Of a stretch of 64,000 nt of DNA, positions 52,500 through 64,000 are shown one piece after another. The position numbers were made by a program, and so were the translations under genes. Below the pieces are notes generated by a model. That model did not search any database, had not been told where the DNA came from, and saw only the letters and a list, made by a program, of their open reading frames with translations. Position 1 is the first letter of the stretch, and each line of letters begins with the position of its first letter. This DNA comes from Octopus sinensis (taxonomy: Eukaryota), in the NCBI RefSeq assembly GCF_006345805.1, contig NC_043013.1, positions 49,662,001 to 49,726,000 on the forward strand, read 5' to 3'.

Positions 52500-52830
52500 T
52501 GCAAGTAGTTTGCTCAATCCTTTCTCTCCGTCTTCTCTCTCTCTCTTCTCTCTCTCTCTCTTCTCTCTCTCTCTTCTCTCTCTCTCTCTCTCCCTCCTTC
52601 TCTCTCTCCTTCCCCCCTCTCTCTCTCTCTTTTTCTCTCTCTCTCTCTGTAATCATAAACACATATGTATTTCTTTACTACCCACAAGGGGCTCAACATA
52701 GAGGGGACAAACAAGGACAGACAAAGGGATTAAGTCGATTACATCGACCCCAGTGCGTAACTGGTACTTAATTTATCGACCCCGAAAGGATGAAAGGCAA
52801 AGTCGACCTCGGCAGGCAAAGTCGACCTCA
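52500..52830 (-). mobile_element. (CT)n tract followed by a SINE-C body
   Basis: SINE-C body 52665-52830 with a duplicated ggcaaagtcgacctc. Confidence 0.8.
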
Positions 52831-54849
52831 TAACACCACGTAATCATAAACACAATATGTTCCTTAGAAGTTTTCGATGAATAAAATCTCATCATATTCA
52901 CTAATCTGGGAAGATTAATGCCGTCTAATGCTAAGGGTGTACTATGAGTACTGCAACCCAACGATTTATGGGCCTATAAATCCTTAATGGGGCTAAAACA
53001 ATTTCGTCATTTTTTTTTTTTTTATGGCGGTGGAGGATCCGCTTCTTCGGTATTCTACCCGAGGCCATGAGGACCTGAAATAGCTCCGAGGAGAATTATG
53101 GATAAAGTCTGTCGCGATGGTAACTTGATTGGTGCTATGTGGAGCTGGTAAATGAAGAGATATTTCGTTGGTTACGTGAATAATAACTGAAGTACACTCG
53201 CAAACATTTAACTGAAATATTTACTGCTGGTCGTAAAGATATTGGATGCTGGTTATTTACAATGAGCAACATAAGATGTTTGCTGAATGAGAGAGAGAGT
53301 AAACCTGCGCTGTGTCCATAGAAGTTACTTTTAAGACATTGTGCGACTGTTCTAGATGAGTCTGTCCGAGAACCTGGAGTTGGCAGCGCAAATGTCTTGA
53401 ACCGTCGGAATGGCAAGCGTGAAGGTGCAAGAGTCGGAAATCTTCTACACTCTGCGATTGCTCGCGCGGCAAAACGGACATACAGGGTACAATAAAGAAC
53501 TTCTAGAAAACCACATCACGCCACAGCTTTACACTGAATGGTTGCTTAATAGCCCGATCACATGAAACTATAGTGATTCGCGCGTGGTGTCTGTCCGATT
53601 ATTTAGCGGCTGAGGTTTCGAATCACAGGTGCAAGTTCTTTTCCAAGGACTAACTGATAAAACGAAATTATATTATTTTCTTAGCTAAGTGCCATAAGTC
53701 TTATAATACATCTTGTGTATCAGAAAATGTTCAAGCGTCGTTTGGTCATAACCCAGGACAGTAACTATGAATAATTTTCTTTCAATATGTTTTTCACTGC
53801 ATGAAATTTCCACTGCCAATCAGCTTTGCTTACTGAGAAAATAGGAATAATTATTACCAATAATATATAGTTTCAACTTTTAATTTAGGAAAATTATCAC
53901 AAACAAGCTATTATAAAATGAGTGGTAAGGCATGAGTAAATCAGTCAGAAAAATAATAGTTAGGTTTCGGTTACTTTAGAATTATCTTGTCTACTCATAG
54001 TTTCGACCATATTGTCATCCTTGGCTGTCTGCTTTTGTGCTAATAGTTTTCATAATGAACATAAACAGGATAAGTTAAAAGAAAACTGGGTGAAAATGCT
54101 TGAAAGTAATCAATTTATGGAACACTATCAACAATTTCTGTAGTATAAAGTCGCTTTTAGTGTAACATTTCATATATGCTACATAACAATACCCTAAATA
54201 AGTAAATTCTCTGTTGTATTCAAAGGAAAGTGTATAATTTCACTGTTTTGTTAATTTGCTTATTTACTGGTTTCTGTAGGCTTGTTCATTTATGTAGTTT
54301 GCTACAGAGTATAGCAGATTGTAGATAATTACGAACAAGAATTCGAAATATTGGGCAATCCTTTGTAATTTAGTAAGTCAATGTACAAAAATAAACTACA
54401 TAACGACTACATGAGCGGGTGAAAATGGTTTAAAGTAATCGAGTAAATTACATGTTATCATTTTTAATTACTGGCCTGTTTTGAAAGTCTTTATCAGAAA
54501 TACGGTGGAGTTTTAACTGAAAGAAATAATTATTTTGATTTTTTTTGTTATGTTTTTATTTTGCATATCACCAACTTTAACACTAAGAGACCAAATTAAA
54601 AATGATTTCAAATGCATATCATTAATTGCATGCATTGTTTTGACCTAAATTACTTTGATATATATCGCCTCTTGCACCAGAACGAAGTTTTTAGGAGTAT
54701 AGGATTTATACAAAAGGCATTATTTGAATAAAATCAAGCGTAAATTAAAATGAAAGAACAGTGACACGAAATACGATATGATAATTTTTCTATTTCGTTT
54801 TTGGATTTGGTTTGCAAGATTCTTTATATGAGTTCGTGTGTTGAAGCAT

Positions 54850-55043
54850 ATTCTGTTGTGTCTGGGGAGAGTCATTCTCTTTTAGTGCTTTATTATTTAA
54901 CACACTCACCGGCAAAATTTCCACTTATTTCTTATTTTTATTTTCTAAAATTTTCCTTGCGTGTTGCAACCTTTTCAATAGTCTTGAGTGTGTTAAATAA
55001 TAAGGCACTAAAAGAGAATGACTCTCCCCAGACACAACAGAAT
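54850..55043. repeat. 58-bp inverted repeat (1 mismatch) with 78-nt spacer
   Basis: 54850-54907 versus 54986-55043. Confidence 0.93.
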
Positions 55044-55270
55044 GTTTCTATTATTTTCCTTATTAAACTATCGTTGTGTGCACCATCAACAGCATATTTC
55101 TTCTTAACACTTCCAGGTAGGTCCAGATGTAAAATATGCTGGGTGCTGCAGTGTTTGTCTTTGGCGAATAACTTCTCTGTTTTAGACAACAGTGTGTTCA
55201 ACACACTTGTCTCCTTTAGTGGATGGACACTAGACATTGGTGTTACGACATGTGTCTCGTTTGCCAGAAG

Positions 55271-55668
55271 TAGGAGTGGTTGTGTGGTAAGTAGCTTGCT
55301 TACCAACCACATGGTTCTGGGTTCAGTCCCACTGCGTGGCACTTTGGGCAAGTGTCTTCTACTATAGCCTCGGGCCGACCAAAGCCTTGTGAGTGGATTT
55401 GGTAGACGGAAACTGAAAGAAGCCCGTCGTATATATGTATATATATGTATGTGCGTGTATGTTTGTGTGTCTGTGTTTGTCCTCGCAACATCGCTTGACA
55501 ACCTGGTGTGTTCATGTCCCCGTCACTTAGCGGTTCGGCAAAAAGAGACCGATAGAATAAGTACTAGGTTTACAAAGAATAAGTCCTGGGGTCGATTTGC
55601 TCGGCTAAAGGCGGTGCTCCAGCATGGCCGCAGTCAAATGACTGAAACAAGTAAAAGAGTAAAAGAGG
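55271..55668 (+). mobile_element. SINE family A
   Basis: Matches 159-576. Confidence 0.92.
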
Positions 55669-55724
55669 AACTTTGAAACTTGTCAAAGCCACTGACTTTG
55701 TTTATGCTTTCAGCGAACAAAGCT

Positions 55725-55846
55725 GTTTGCTGATCGGTACTTATTTCTGACAACCGATAAAAAATATCGTTGTTCGCACCGTCTACAGCGAAATAACAAA
55801 TGAATATTTATTGGGTGCTGTAATGTAGACGATGCAAACAATGGTC

Positions 55847-55877
<31 letters not shown>

Positions 55878-56000
55878 CTTCTTCTTCTTCTTCTTCTTCT
55901 TCTTCTTCTTCTTCTTCTTCTTCTTCTTCTTCTTCTTGTTTTTATCGTTTGACACTTACGTAAGCACCAATCAGTAAACAATTGTATTCGCTGAAAGCAT
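55725..56000. mobile_element. Probable MITE with ~60-bp diverged inverted ends around (GTT)n(CTT)n
   Basis: atgctttcagcgaac...accgataaaa is inverted relative to ttttatcg...ttcgctgaaagcat; third partial copy near 56240-56285. Confidence 0.5.
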
Positions 56001-56927
56001 GAGCAAAGCCAACGGTTTTGACTGGTCTCAAAGTTCCGATCACTGGCTGATAAGACACGACATGTCGAAACACCAGTATCTCAGAATACCATGCGTCAAT
56101 GAGCCAAGTACATTGAACACATTTTTGTCTAAAGGGGAGAAGTTATTCTCCTATAAATACACTTCAGCGCCAGATTATTTTGAGTGTATGCGAACGCGTT
56201 AAATATAATTGCACACACCTGTACTTCGATCAACACTGCTTTATCGGTTGTTAGAGATAAGCACCAATCAGCAAACAACTGGCTTCAGTTCATTCCAGCT
56301 GATAAATTGTACACACTTATACGACATCCTAGTATTTATTGTGCGGTATTTACAATAGCATGTGTGCATATACTTGTAATTCTGACGGTTTCAAGTTGTG
56401 ACATGATTACAGAAGATGAAATACAAATTTGTTCTTTGATATGAGAAGTGATTACGTCTTTGTACTGATCAAAGAGACTGGCTTACCTATTTCCATTGAT
56501 ATTGAAAGGGTAAACATGAAATGAAATGCCTTGCTCAAGGAATTGAACGCGTGAGCTTGTGATCATGGACCGAACACTCTTGACGCAAAGCTTTTACTAT
56601 GTAATATACAGTTGGGTAAATTAGTCTTCCTATTAATTATACTGTCGTTGAGTACCTAAAAGCTCTTGTAGTTTCCTCCTTTCAACAAATTATATAATGT
56701 ATTATTATTTTAACTGTGAAATAACGTCAGAACTAAAAACATGCAAATAACTCTTCAACTAAACACTTTAGCTATGCAATAAATCCAAACAAACACATCC
56801 TGCTAAGTCATCAAGCTAACTACGGTGACGTCATACTAGACATTTCTGTTCAACCATCCCTCCAGCTACAACTTTCCCCGTATCTAGTCATCATATATTA
56901 ACCTACACATCATATATTAACGTATAA

Positions 56928-57160
56928 AAGGCGGCGAGCTGGCAGAAGCGCTAGCACGCCGGGCGAAATGTGTAGCCGTATTTCGTCTGCCGCAACGTTC
57001 TGAGTTCAAATTCCGCCGAGGTTGACTTTGCCTTTCATCCTTTCGGGGTCGATAAATTAAGTACCAGTTACGCACTGGGGTCGATGTAATCGACTTAATC
57101 TGTTTGTCTGTCATTGTTTGTCCCCTCTGCGTGTAGCCCATTGTGGGTAGCAAAGAAATA
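56928..57160 (+). mobile_element. SINE family C (another copy 57860-58110, relic 57260-57420)
   Basis: Full head and body. Confidence 0.9.
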
Positions 57161-58125
57161 TATATTAACGTACACATTAATACCAAGGAACGTTCAACCA
57201 CGGAAAAACAAATTGACTTTGATACTGACTTCTCGGGTTTAACATTTCTCTGAGAATTAAGGCGGTAAGTTGGTAGAATCATTAGCACACCGGACAAAAT
57301 GCTTAGTGACATTTCGTCCGTCTTTAGGTTCAAATTCCACCGAGGTTGACTTTACCTTTCATACTTCCAGGGTCGATAAAGCAAGTACCAGTTGGTTACT
57401 GGGGTTGATATAATTGACTTGCTACCTCCTACGAACGTGTATGCCTTTGCCAAAATTTGGAACCAATATTTCTCTGAGAATTAATCCGTTATTGTTCTTG
57501 CATTAATAAAATGGCGGTGCCCCAGCATGGCCACAGCTCGTGAGCTGAAACTAGATAAAAAATTTTTAAATAATATATCTCTTCAGAAATTTATCGTTTT
57601 TGCTTTGATACTTTCGTATTCATGAATTTTACTAGTAAATGTTCTATTCTCGGTCATTTAACATTTTTTTCTCTACCTCGCCACTAATAGTATATAGTTT
57701 ATCTTGGAATCATGAGAGTGTGGCCTGTTTTGTTGAACATACAGCAAAGCTCCTCTGAATTCTACTTCTCGGTCAACCTATCTACCACTCCGTGCTCACG
57801 GTCGGCAATTGTAAAATCACCTCTGCTTATTACAGTTCGACATGGTAACTAGTCCTGGAAGGCGGCGAGCTGGCAGAAACGTTAGCACGCCGGGCGAAAT
57901 GCTTAGCGGTATTCCGTCTGCCGCTACGTTCTGAGTTCAAATTCCGCCGAGGTTGACTTTGCCTTTCAACCTTTCGGGATCGATAAATTAAGTACCAGTT
58001 ACGCACTGGGGTCTATGTAATCGACTTAATACCTATGACTGTCCTTGTTTGTCCCCTCTATGTTTAGCCCCTTTTGGGTAATAAAAAAATAGGCATTTCG
58101 TCTGAGGTCAAATTCCACCGAGATA

Positions 58126-58166
<41 letters not shown>

Positions 58167-58974
58167 TGGCTGTCCACTTGTGACCGAAAAGCCCATGACA
58201 GACTATTAAGAACACTGTGCACTCATACAAATCTCTATTTTATACTTGTAGCTCCGCTATTGATGGGCGACCTCAGCTCTTGATAAACGTACACGCAGAT
58301 ATTGACCATTCACTACATTGGTATTGGGCTTTCGAGCAGCTTCCTCTGTTAATGGCGATGACAAATATTGCTTTTCGATTTGACCTTCCATACCTAATAT
58401 GCCTTCAACGAGAAATTTACACAATCCCTAAATGGTAGCCTTGGCTACGGATGGGGGCGTTTTCCTCAAATAAGTTTGTCATATAACATCTACTTAGGGA
58501 ACCTCCGATCATTCATCTGAAAAAGGTGCCAAGTTCAATGTAAACATACATACGAGAAGGTGCCCAAAAGTAACCGGAAACGTTCTCTGTGGGACAAATC
58601 CGTTGTAGTTCAGGATTCCGTCGCTAGAAGACACTTGATACGACCCCTAGGCATCAGTCTGCTGACCTGCGTCGTCGATTAAAGCCGTACTGTCACGTTG
58701 TATGTCTTTGTTTTGCTGTGCTTCTCCCCTGTTCATCGATTTTTGCGATGGCCGAAACGACGGGATAGCATGCTTCCGTGAAATTATGTTTTCTGCCGGA
58801 GAAAATGGTGGCCGAAATAGTACTTATTCTATTAGTCACTCATGACGAACCGCTAAGTTGCAGGGACGTAAACACAATCCAGCGGGACGACTCCAATGAG
58901 TGGTCCGAAAAAACAACACTGACAACACGCATGCGCAAGAAGCAAGCTTCTTACCACATAGCCACTCCTGCGCC

Positions 58975-59038
<64 letters not shown>

Positions 59039-59559
59039 AAGCTTACTTGGAAATGGATGCGTGGTGTTCGATCATATAATGATATAAATAATATATAAAT
59101 ATATGCATATATACACACATATATATACATACCTACATATATATGTATATACACATGCATATATGGGTACAGGACATAAAAAAAAACGTGGAACACAATG
59201 AGAAACGAAAACAAAAACAAAAACATAGAAATAAACTTTTTTCAAACAACGAAAAAAAACAAAGTACAAGACATACAACACAAGGAATATTCCCCTTCTT
59301 CAGTTGTCCCAGTTTCATCTACTCCGCGTTCCGAAGGTAAGGACAAGACGTGACTTCGTTGAAACAGTCCTTCCCGCAAAGCAAATTAAATAAAATTTGG
59401 GATTTTTTTGTGGAGGGGTAAAAGTGGTAACAAGAACAGGACAGTAAGAACAAAACAATAAAAACAATAAAAAAGTAAAAACAAGGGGTACCTAGAAATT
59501 AATCTTTATCGTAAGGTACTAGAAAAATATGGAAACCCATTCGCCGTGTACATAGAAAA

Positions 59560-60620
59560 TAACTAGAAAAGATATCTAGATGACTGTTTCACTCTTTGGC
59601 ACGAAAGTATAGAGAGACTTAAAGAATTTCAAGCACTTCTGAATGGACTTCACATAAACATTCAGTTTATGATGGAATAAAGCCACCAACAACTTCCCTC
59701 CCTTGTCTTCCTCATTAAGAAATCCAACAACAAAATAGAAAAAGACATCTACTATAAACCCACGGACTCCAAGCAATATCTGCCATTCAACTCTTGTCAC
59801 CCCAGACACACTAGAATAAATATCCCTTACGATCTGGCAAAAAGGATTTATACTATAGTATCTGATACAAGCACCAGGGATACACGGTGACATGAGCTAA
59901 ATGATATACTCATCAGCAGGAACTAACCACCATCACTTATCGATATAGGCTTTCAACGTACACTACAGCTCAACATCCACGAACTCAGACACCCCCAGAC
60001 TAAAGAAGAATTTACAACCAAAAGCCCTACCCCCTAAACAATGAGGCCTTCGACACCATCCTCCAGAGAATCCTTTTACTAAAAAGGGACCATAGAATGG
60101 ATCAAATCCTCCAAACGCACACCATCAGAAAGAGCAAAAGACAAACCAAGTTATGAAAAGTCTTCTAACACAGGCCCAAGTACACTCGTCAACAACATCG
60201 AAACCGACAGTAAAAAATGCGGAAGACCTAACTGTGGTGTATGTGTCAACCTAATTGAAGGATCGGAATTCTCCTTCAAACAGGTTCAACGTTTTACAGT
60301 GAAAAAATAACTTCACATGTGCTTCGGAAAACCTAATATATGTATTAACTTGCTCAGGGTGTCAAGAATAATATATTGGTCAAACTAAAAACGGTACGCC
60401 AGATGATGACGGTACATAGATCCCAGATTAAAATATGAAAATACAGAAAAATAGGATTAAGCGAGGACATCGATATATGGGCCACAAACAAACAATCCAA
60501 CTTTAGAATTTTCCCCTCTATAAATTCAGGGACAGTTCAGCCTATAATCAGCGCATTAGCAAAGAAGCATATTTTATCGCAAAATATAAAGCTATTTTGA
60601 ATAGCGCCACCACCACAGAT
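59560..60620 (+). mobile_element. Penelope-like element relic (RT C-terminus plus GIY-YIG endonuclease)
   Basis: RYLDDCF...DIYYKPTDSKQYLPFNSCHPRHTRINIPYDLAKRI; CGRPNCGVC...FTCASENLIYVLTCSGC...YIGQT; stops and frameshifts. Confidence 0.9.
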
Positions 60621-61658
60621 GAAACTAATACAAGAGTTTAGAACAACTTCAACCACTACTGATGCGACCACAACAGGTCACTTTTAGGTCATTTGACCAT
60701 TAAAGAAGATTCCACAAACAATCTACTGTCACAGCACTCCAGTATTTTTCGTTTCTTTTCTTTTTTCTCCTCCCACTTCTTTCCCTACTTCTACTTCTCT
60801 TCCTCCTTCATCTCCTTTTCTTCTTGTTTTTCTTCTCTTTCAGCTGCTTCTGCTTAAAATGTACCCAAACTATTCTTTCAGATTTACTACTAGCCACCTA
60901 CGATGCATTCACAAAAGAATAGAAGAGAGAGGCAGAGTATGGATATATTTACCTATTTAAAGACTATGGAAATAAATATCTACAAAACATTTCATTTAAT
61001 TTTTTTCTCCAGTTGTTTTTCTTAATTTACTCTTAGTTGAAAAGTCTAAAAGCTGGAAACCGGTACTAAAGCGTACTTCATGATAAAATTATTTTAACAT
61101 TTTCTACCTTGTCTTATCAAAGCTAAAATCTTATTCTCATTCCTTTAGTATCTTATCTCTTAATCTCTTACTCTACTTTATGTTCTTATTTCCTTTCTTT
61201 TTATTTCTTTTGTTACTTTATTCCAATTTGGCTAAATCTTATTTATATGAGTATCTAACTTTATTATCCTTATTTTAATTTTATTATTTTTATTATTTTT
61301 GCTTTTATTACTCTTGTCTTTTGCTTTTATTGTCCTTTGCTTCCATTACTCTTATTCTTTATTTTTTTTGTTAACTTTTTTATTTCTATTTTTTCTTTCT
61401 TTCTTATTTTTCTTTCTATCTTATATAAGTATATTAAATATAAACTCAATCCAATCTATTCAACATTCACCCTATGCTGAATGGTGGTACAATATGGGCA
61501 GATTTTTGAAATCCAATGAATCGTTATACATTTACACAGTTATACAATTATACAAATATACTTTTTCAAGGAGATATGATAAACCTATTATAATGGGTAA
61601 TACTACATGTACTTTTCATATTTTTTATATTGTGATGTAATCTTTGGACTAACAATGT

Positions 61659-61753
61659 TTGCGGCTGAAGAGAGCTTCAAACCATCTTTTATATCAATAA
61701 TACACTGATGTCATAACGGATTGTTTATAAAGCTTGAAACACGTGTACCGCGA
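61659..61753 (+). ncRNA. Minimal type-I hammerhead ribozyme with intact core
   Basis: Stem I ttgcgg/ccgcga; CTGAAGA 61665-61671; stem II gagctt/aagctt around a 52-nt insert; GAAA 61736-61739; palindrome ACACGTGT; GTA with predicted cut after 61747. Confidence 0.8.
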
Positions 61754-61789
61754 TATCCTTTGTGTTCTGTTTTTAATTTATATTATATT

Positions 61790-61865
<76 letters not shown>

Positions 61866-61879
61866 AAACAGACAGCAGT

Positions 61880-62522
61880 TTGCAACTTTTTACCAAAAAG
61901 GAAAATTATAATTATCACTAATTGGGACTAGGGTGTTAAAAACACCTACATTGCTAAAATGCTCTAATGCTGTAGTTAAAGTACATAATTGTATACATAT
62001 ATACAGACAGGGACTATAATCGTCCGAAAATACCGTTCGAGAATTCCTCATATTGGATTTAGTTTCGGCAATTTCAGTTGCCTCATCAGTAAAAACTGGC
62101 TCTACTTCGGCAGATTTCGGACTTAATTCTTTGTCTGTATAGGTTTTCATCATAAAAATCTAGGGATGGTTTAACGAATCGCTAATGTATATACCTAAAA
62201 TTAAAGTAGACAGTAATGTCCAATGTCTTACCAAAAAGGAAAACTATAATTGTCACTAAATGTAACTAGGGTATTAGAAGCACCTACCTTCCTAAAAAAA
62301 AGGGGGAGCTAAAATGCTCTAATGCTATAGTCAAAGCACATAATTGTTTACATATCTACATAATTATACATAATATACATAATCGTCCGAAAATACCGTT
62401 CGAGAATTCCTTATACTAAATTCAGTTTCGGCAATTTCCATTGCCTCATCAGTAAGGACTGGCTCTACTTCCGCAGCTTTAAAGCATTTTAGCTCTTATT
62501 TATCTAGCAATGTAGGTGCTTC
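61880..62522. repeat. Diverged ~330-bp tandem duplicate; second unit has ~40-bp inverted ends (62277-62318 and 62483-62522)
   Basis: cgtccgaaaataccgttcgagaattcc and flanks occur twice, roughly 80-85% identical by eye. Confidence 0.75.
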
Positions 62523-62604
62523 CAAAGTGATCTTCATTATCTGAAAGTTGCCAAAATAAAAGTAACTATTCACGTACGTTTTCCAAGAAGCCATGTTCCG
62601 CGCT

Positions 62605-62747
62605 AATCTGGGATCTGTGTACCGTCATCCTTTGGCGTACTGTTTTTAGTTTGACCAATATATTGTTCTCGACACCCTGAGCAAGTTAATACATATATTA
62701 GGTTTTCCGAAGCACATGTGAAGTTGTTTTTCAGTGTAAAACGTTGA
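62605..62747 (-). mobile_element. Inverted fragment of the Penelope GIY-YIG region
   Basis: Reverse complement of about 60286-60430. Confidence 0.85.
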
Positions 62748-62827
62748 TTGATTAGAACTGTAGCAGTAGAGTGGTTGAGAATAAACACAAGCCATACACT
62801 ACTGTCCTAATGATTAGTTAGTCACTA

Positions 62828-63220
62828 GTGAAGACGCAATGGCCCAGTGGTTAGGGCAGCGGACTCGCGGTCATAGGATCGCGGTTTCGATTCCCAGACC
62901 GAGCGTTGTGAGTGTTTATTGAGCGAAAACACCTAAAAGCTCCGCGAGGCTCCGGCAGGGGATGCTGGTGATCCCTACTGTACTCTTTCACCACAACATT
63001 CTTTCACTCTTACTTCCTGTTTCTGTTGTACCTGTACTTCAAAGGGCCGGCCTTGTCACTCTCTGTGTCACGCTGAATATCCCCGAGAACTACGTTAAGG
63101 GTACACGTGTCTGTGGAGTGCTCAGCCACTTACACGTTAATTTCACGAGCAGGCTGTTCCGTTGATTCGGATCAACCGGAACCCTCGTCGTCGTAACCGA
63201 CGGAGTGCTTCCAAAAAAAG
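62828..63220 (+). mobile_element. SINE family B, tail B2
   Basis: Full length, A-tail, 11-bp TSD gttagtcacta (62817-62827 and 63221-63231). Confidence 0.93.
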
Positions 63221-64000
63221 GTTAGTCACTATAACTTTGAATAAAGATATAGCTGATTGAATTAGCCCTTCTTCATACATAGAACTTATTTATTTTATTA
63301 ACTTCGGAATTACGAAAAGTCAGCATAACGAGAACTGAGCTCATAATGTTGTAAAATGGAACTTTACATCATCTGCTCTTGTTTCGTCCGACTTTTGTTA
63401 CTTCACCAACATTGTATCAACTAAATAATAATGCTTGTTCTATCACTTTTTCTTCTGAAACATTCGATTTTTAACGTCAAGATTCAGAAATTGAATTATC
63501 TCAAAAATTTAATGTGATAGTACACGTAATACAGAGAGATATGAAACCTATTAATTATTTGTGGAAGTTCATGCTTGCATACAGCTGCATTCACTGCAAT
63601 GAATTTTGCTTTTATTTGCGCTTTTGTTTCTCCTCAGAAAATTAGCTGGATGTGACATTTCTTATCTAACTTCTGCCTTTTGCAAAAACTAGTGTTATCT
63701 CCTTCGAAATGGTTTCGGGATTGAAGGTTTTCTTGGATATCATTCAACAAAATGTCATGACCACGAATACATATTGGTATTTAAGTGATGTATTTGTTTT
63801 TAATAGTACTGTATATATTTACAGCTTAGTTTTTATTTGTTTGATAGCAGCATTAACGTTTTTTTTTTTTATCACATTTCTGTTTTGTGTATGGTTTGTA
63901 TTTAAAAGATACGAAACGAAAACAGGATAAAATATAAATATATTTTTGTGAAACTTATTCTACCAAATTTATGGTTTCAGCTATCTTTCAAAAAAATAAC

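Noticed and set aside
54801-55501. 187-188-aa ORFs on both strands
   Set aside because: Each is partly SINE-A and partly the inverted duplication; no recognisable domain
61890-62480. Duplicated exon encoding AEVEPV.TDEA.EIAET
   Set aside because: The second copy has an in-frame stop, sits between inverted ends, and shows no clear bias toward synonymous changes; better explained as a repeat

Overview
AT-rich, microsatellite-dense eukaryotic genomic DNA with one 100-N assembly gap (22508-22607). The repeat families look like octopus/cephalopod SINEs; this is pattern recognition, and no database search was run. Most of the window is layered mobile DNA: three tRNA-derived SINE groups (called A, B, C here), two families of non-autonomous Helitrons, a decayed autonomous Helitron, a full-length DD34D mariner, older Tc1/mariner relics, hAT and GGATC-ended MITEs, a Gypsy gag-protease relic, and non-LTR relics (R4/Dong-like, RTE, CR1, Penelope-like). 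No host gene can be named. A few short, frame-compatible plus-strand exon candidates (2830-3241 and 45014-48680) may belong to a long-intron gene but are low confidence. Almost all ORFs in the supplied track are microsatellite or SINE read-throughs. The best leads are: (i) a core-intact minimal type-I hammerhead ribozyme with a long stem-II insertion downstream of the Penelope relic (61659-61753), plus decayed relatives; (ii) SINE-C concatemers with the same monomer junction at several separate loci; (iii) a SINE flanked by a 229-bp direct duplication; (iv) several near-perfect local foldbacks. Ends of intact elements were counted from the sequence; ends of decayed relics are approximate (tens of bp).
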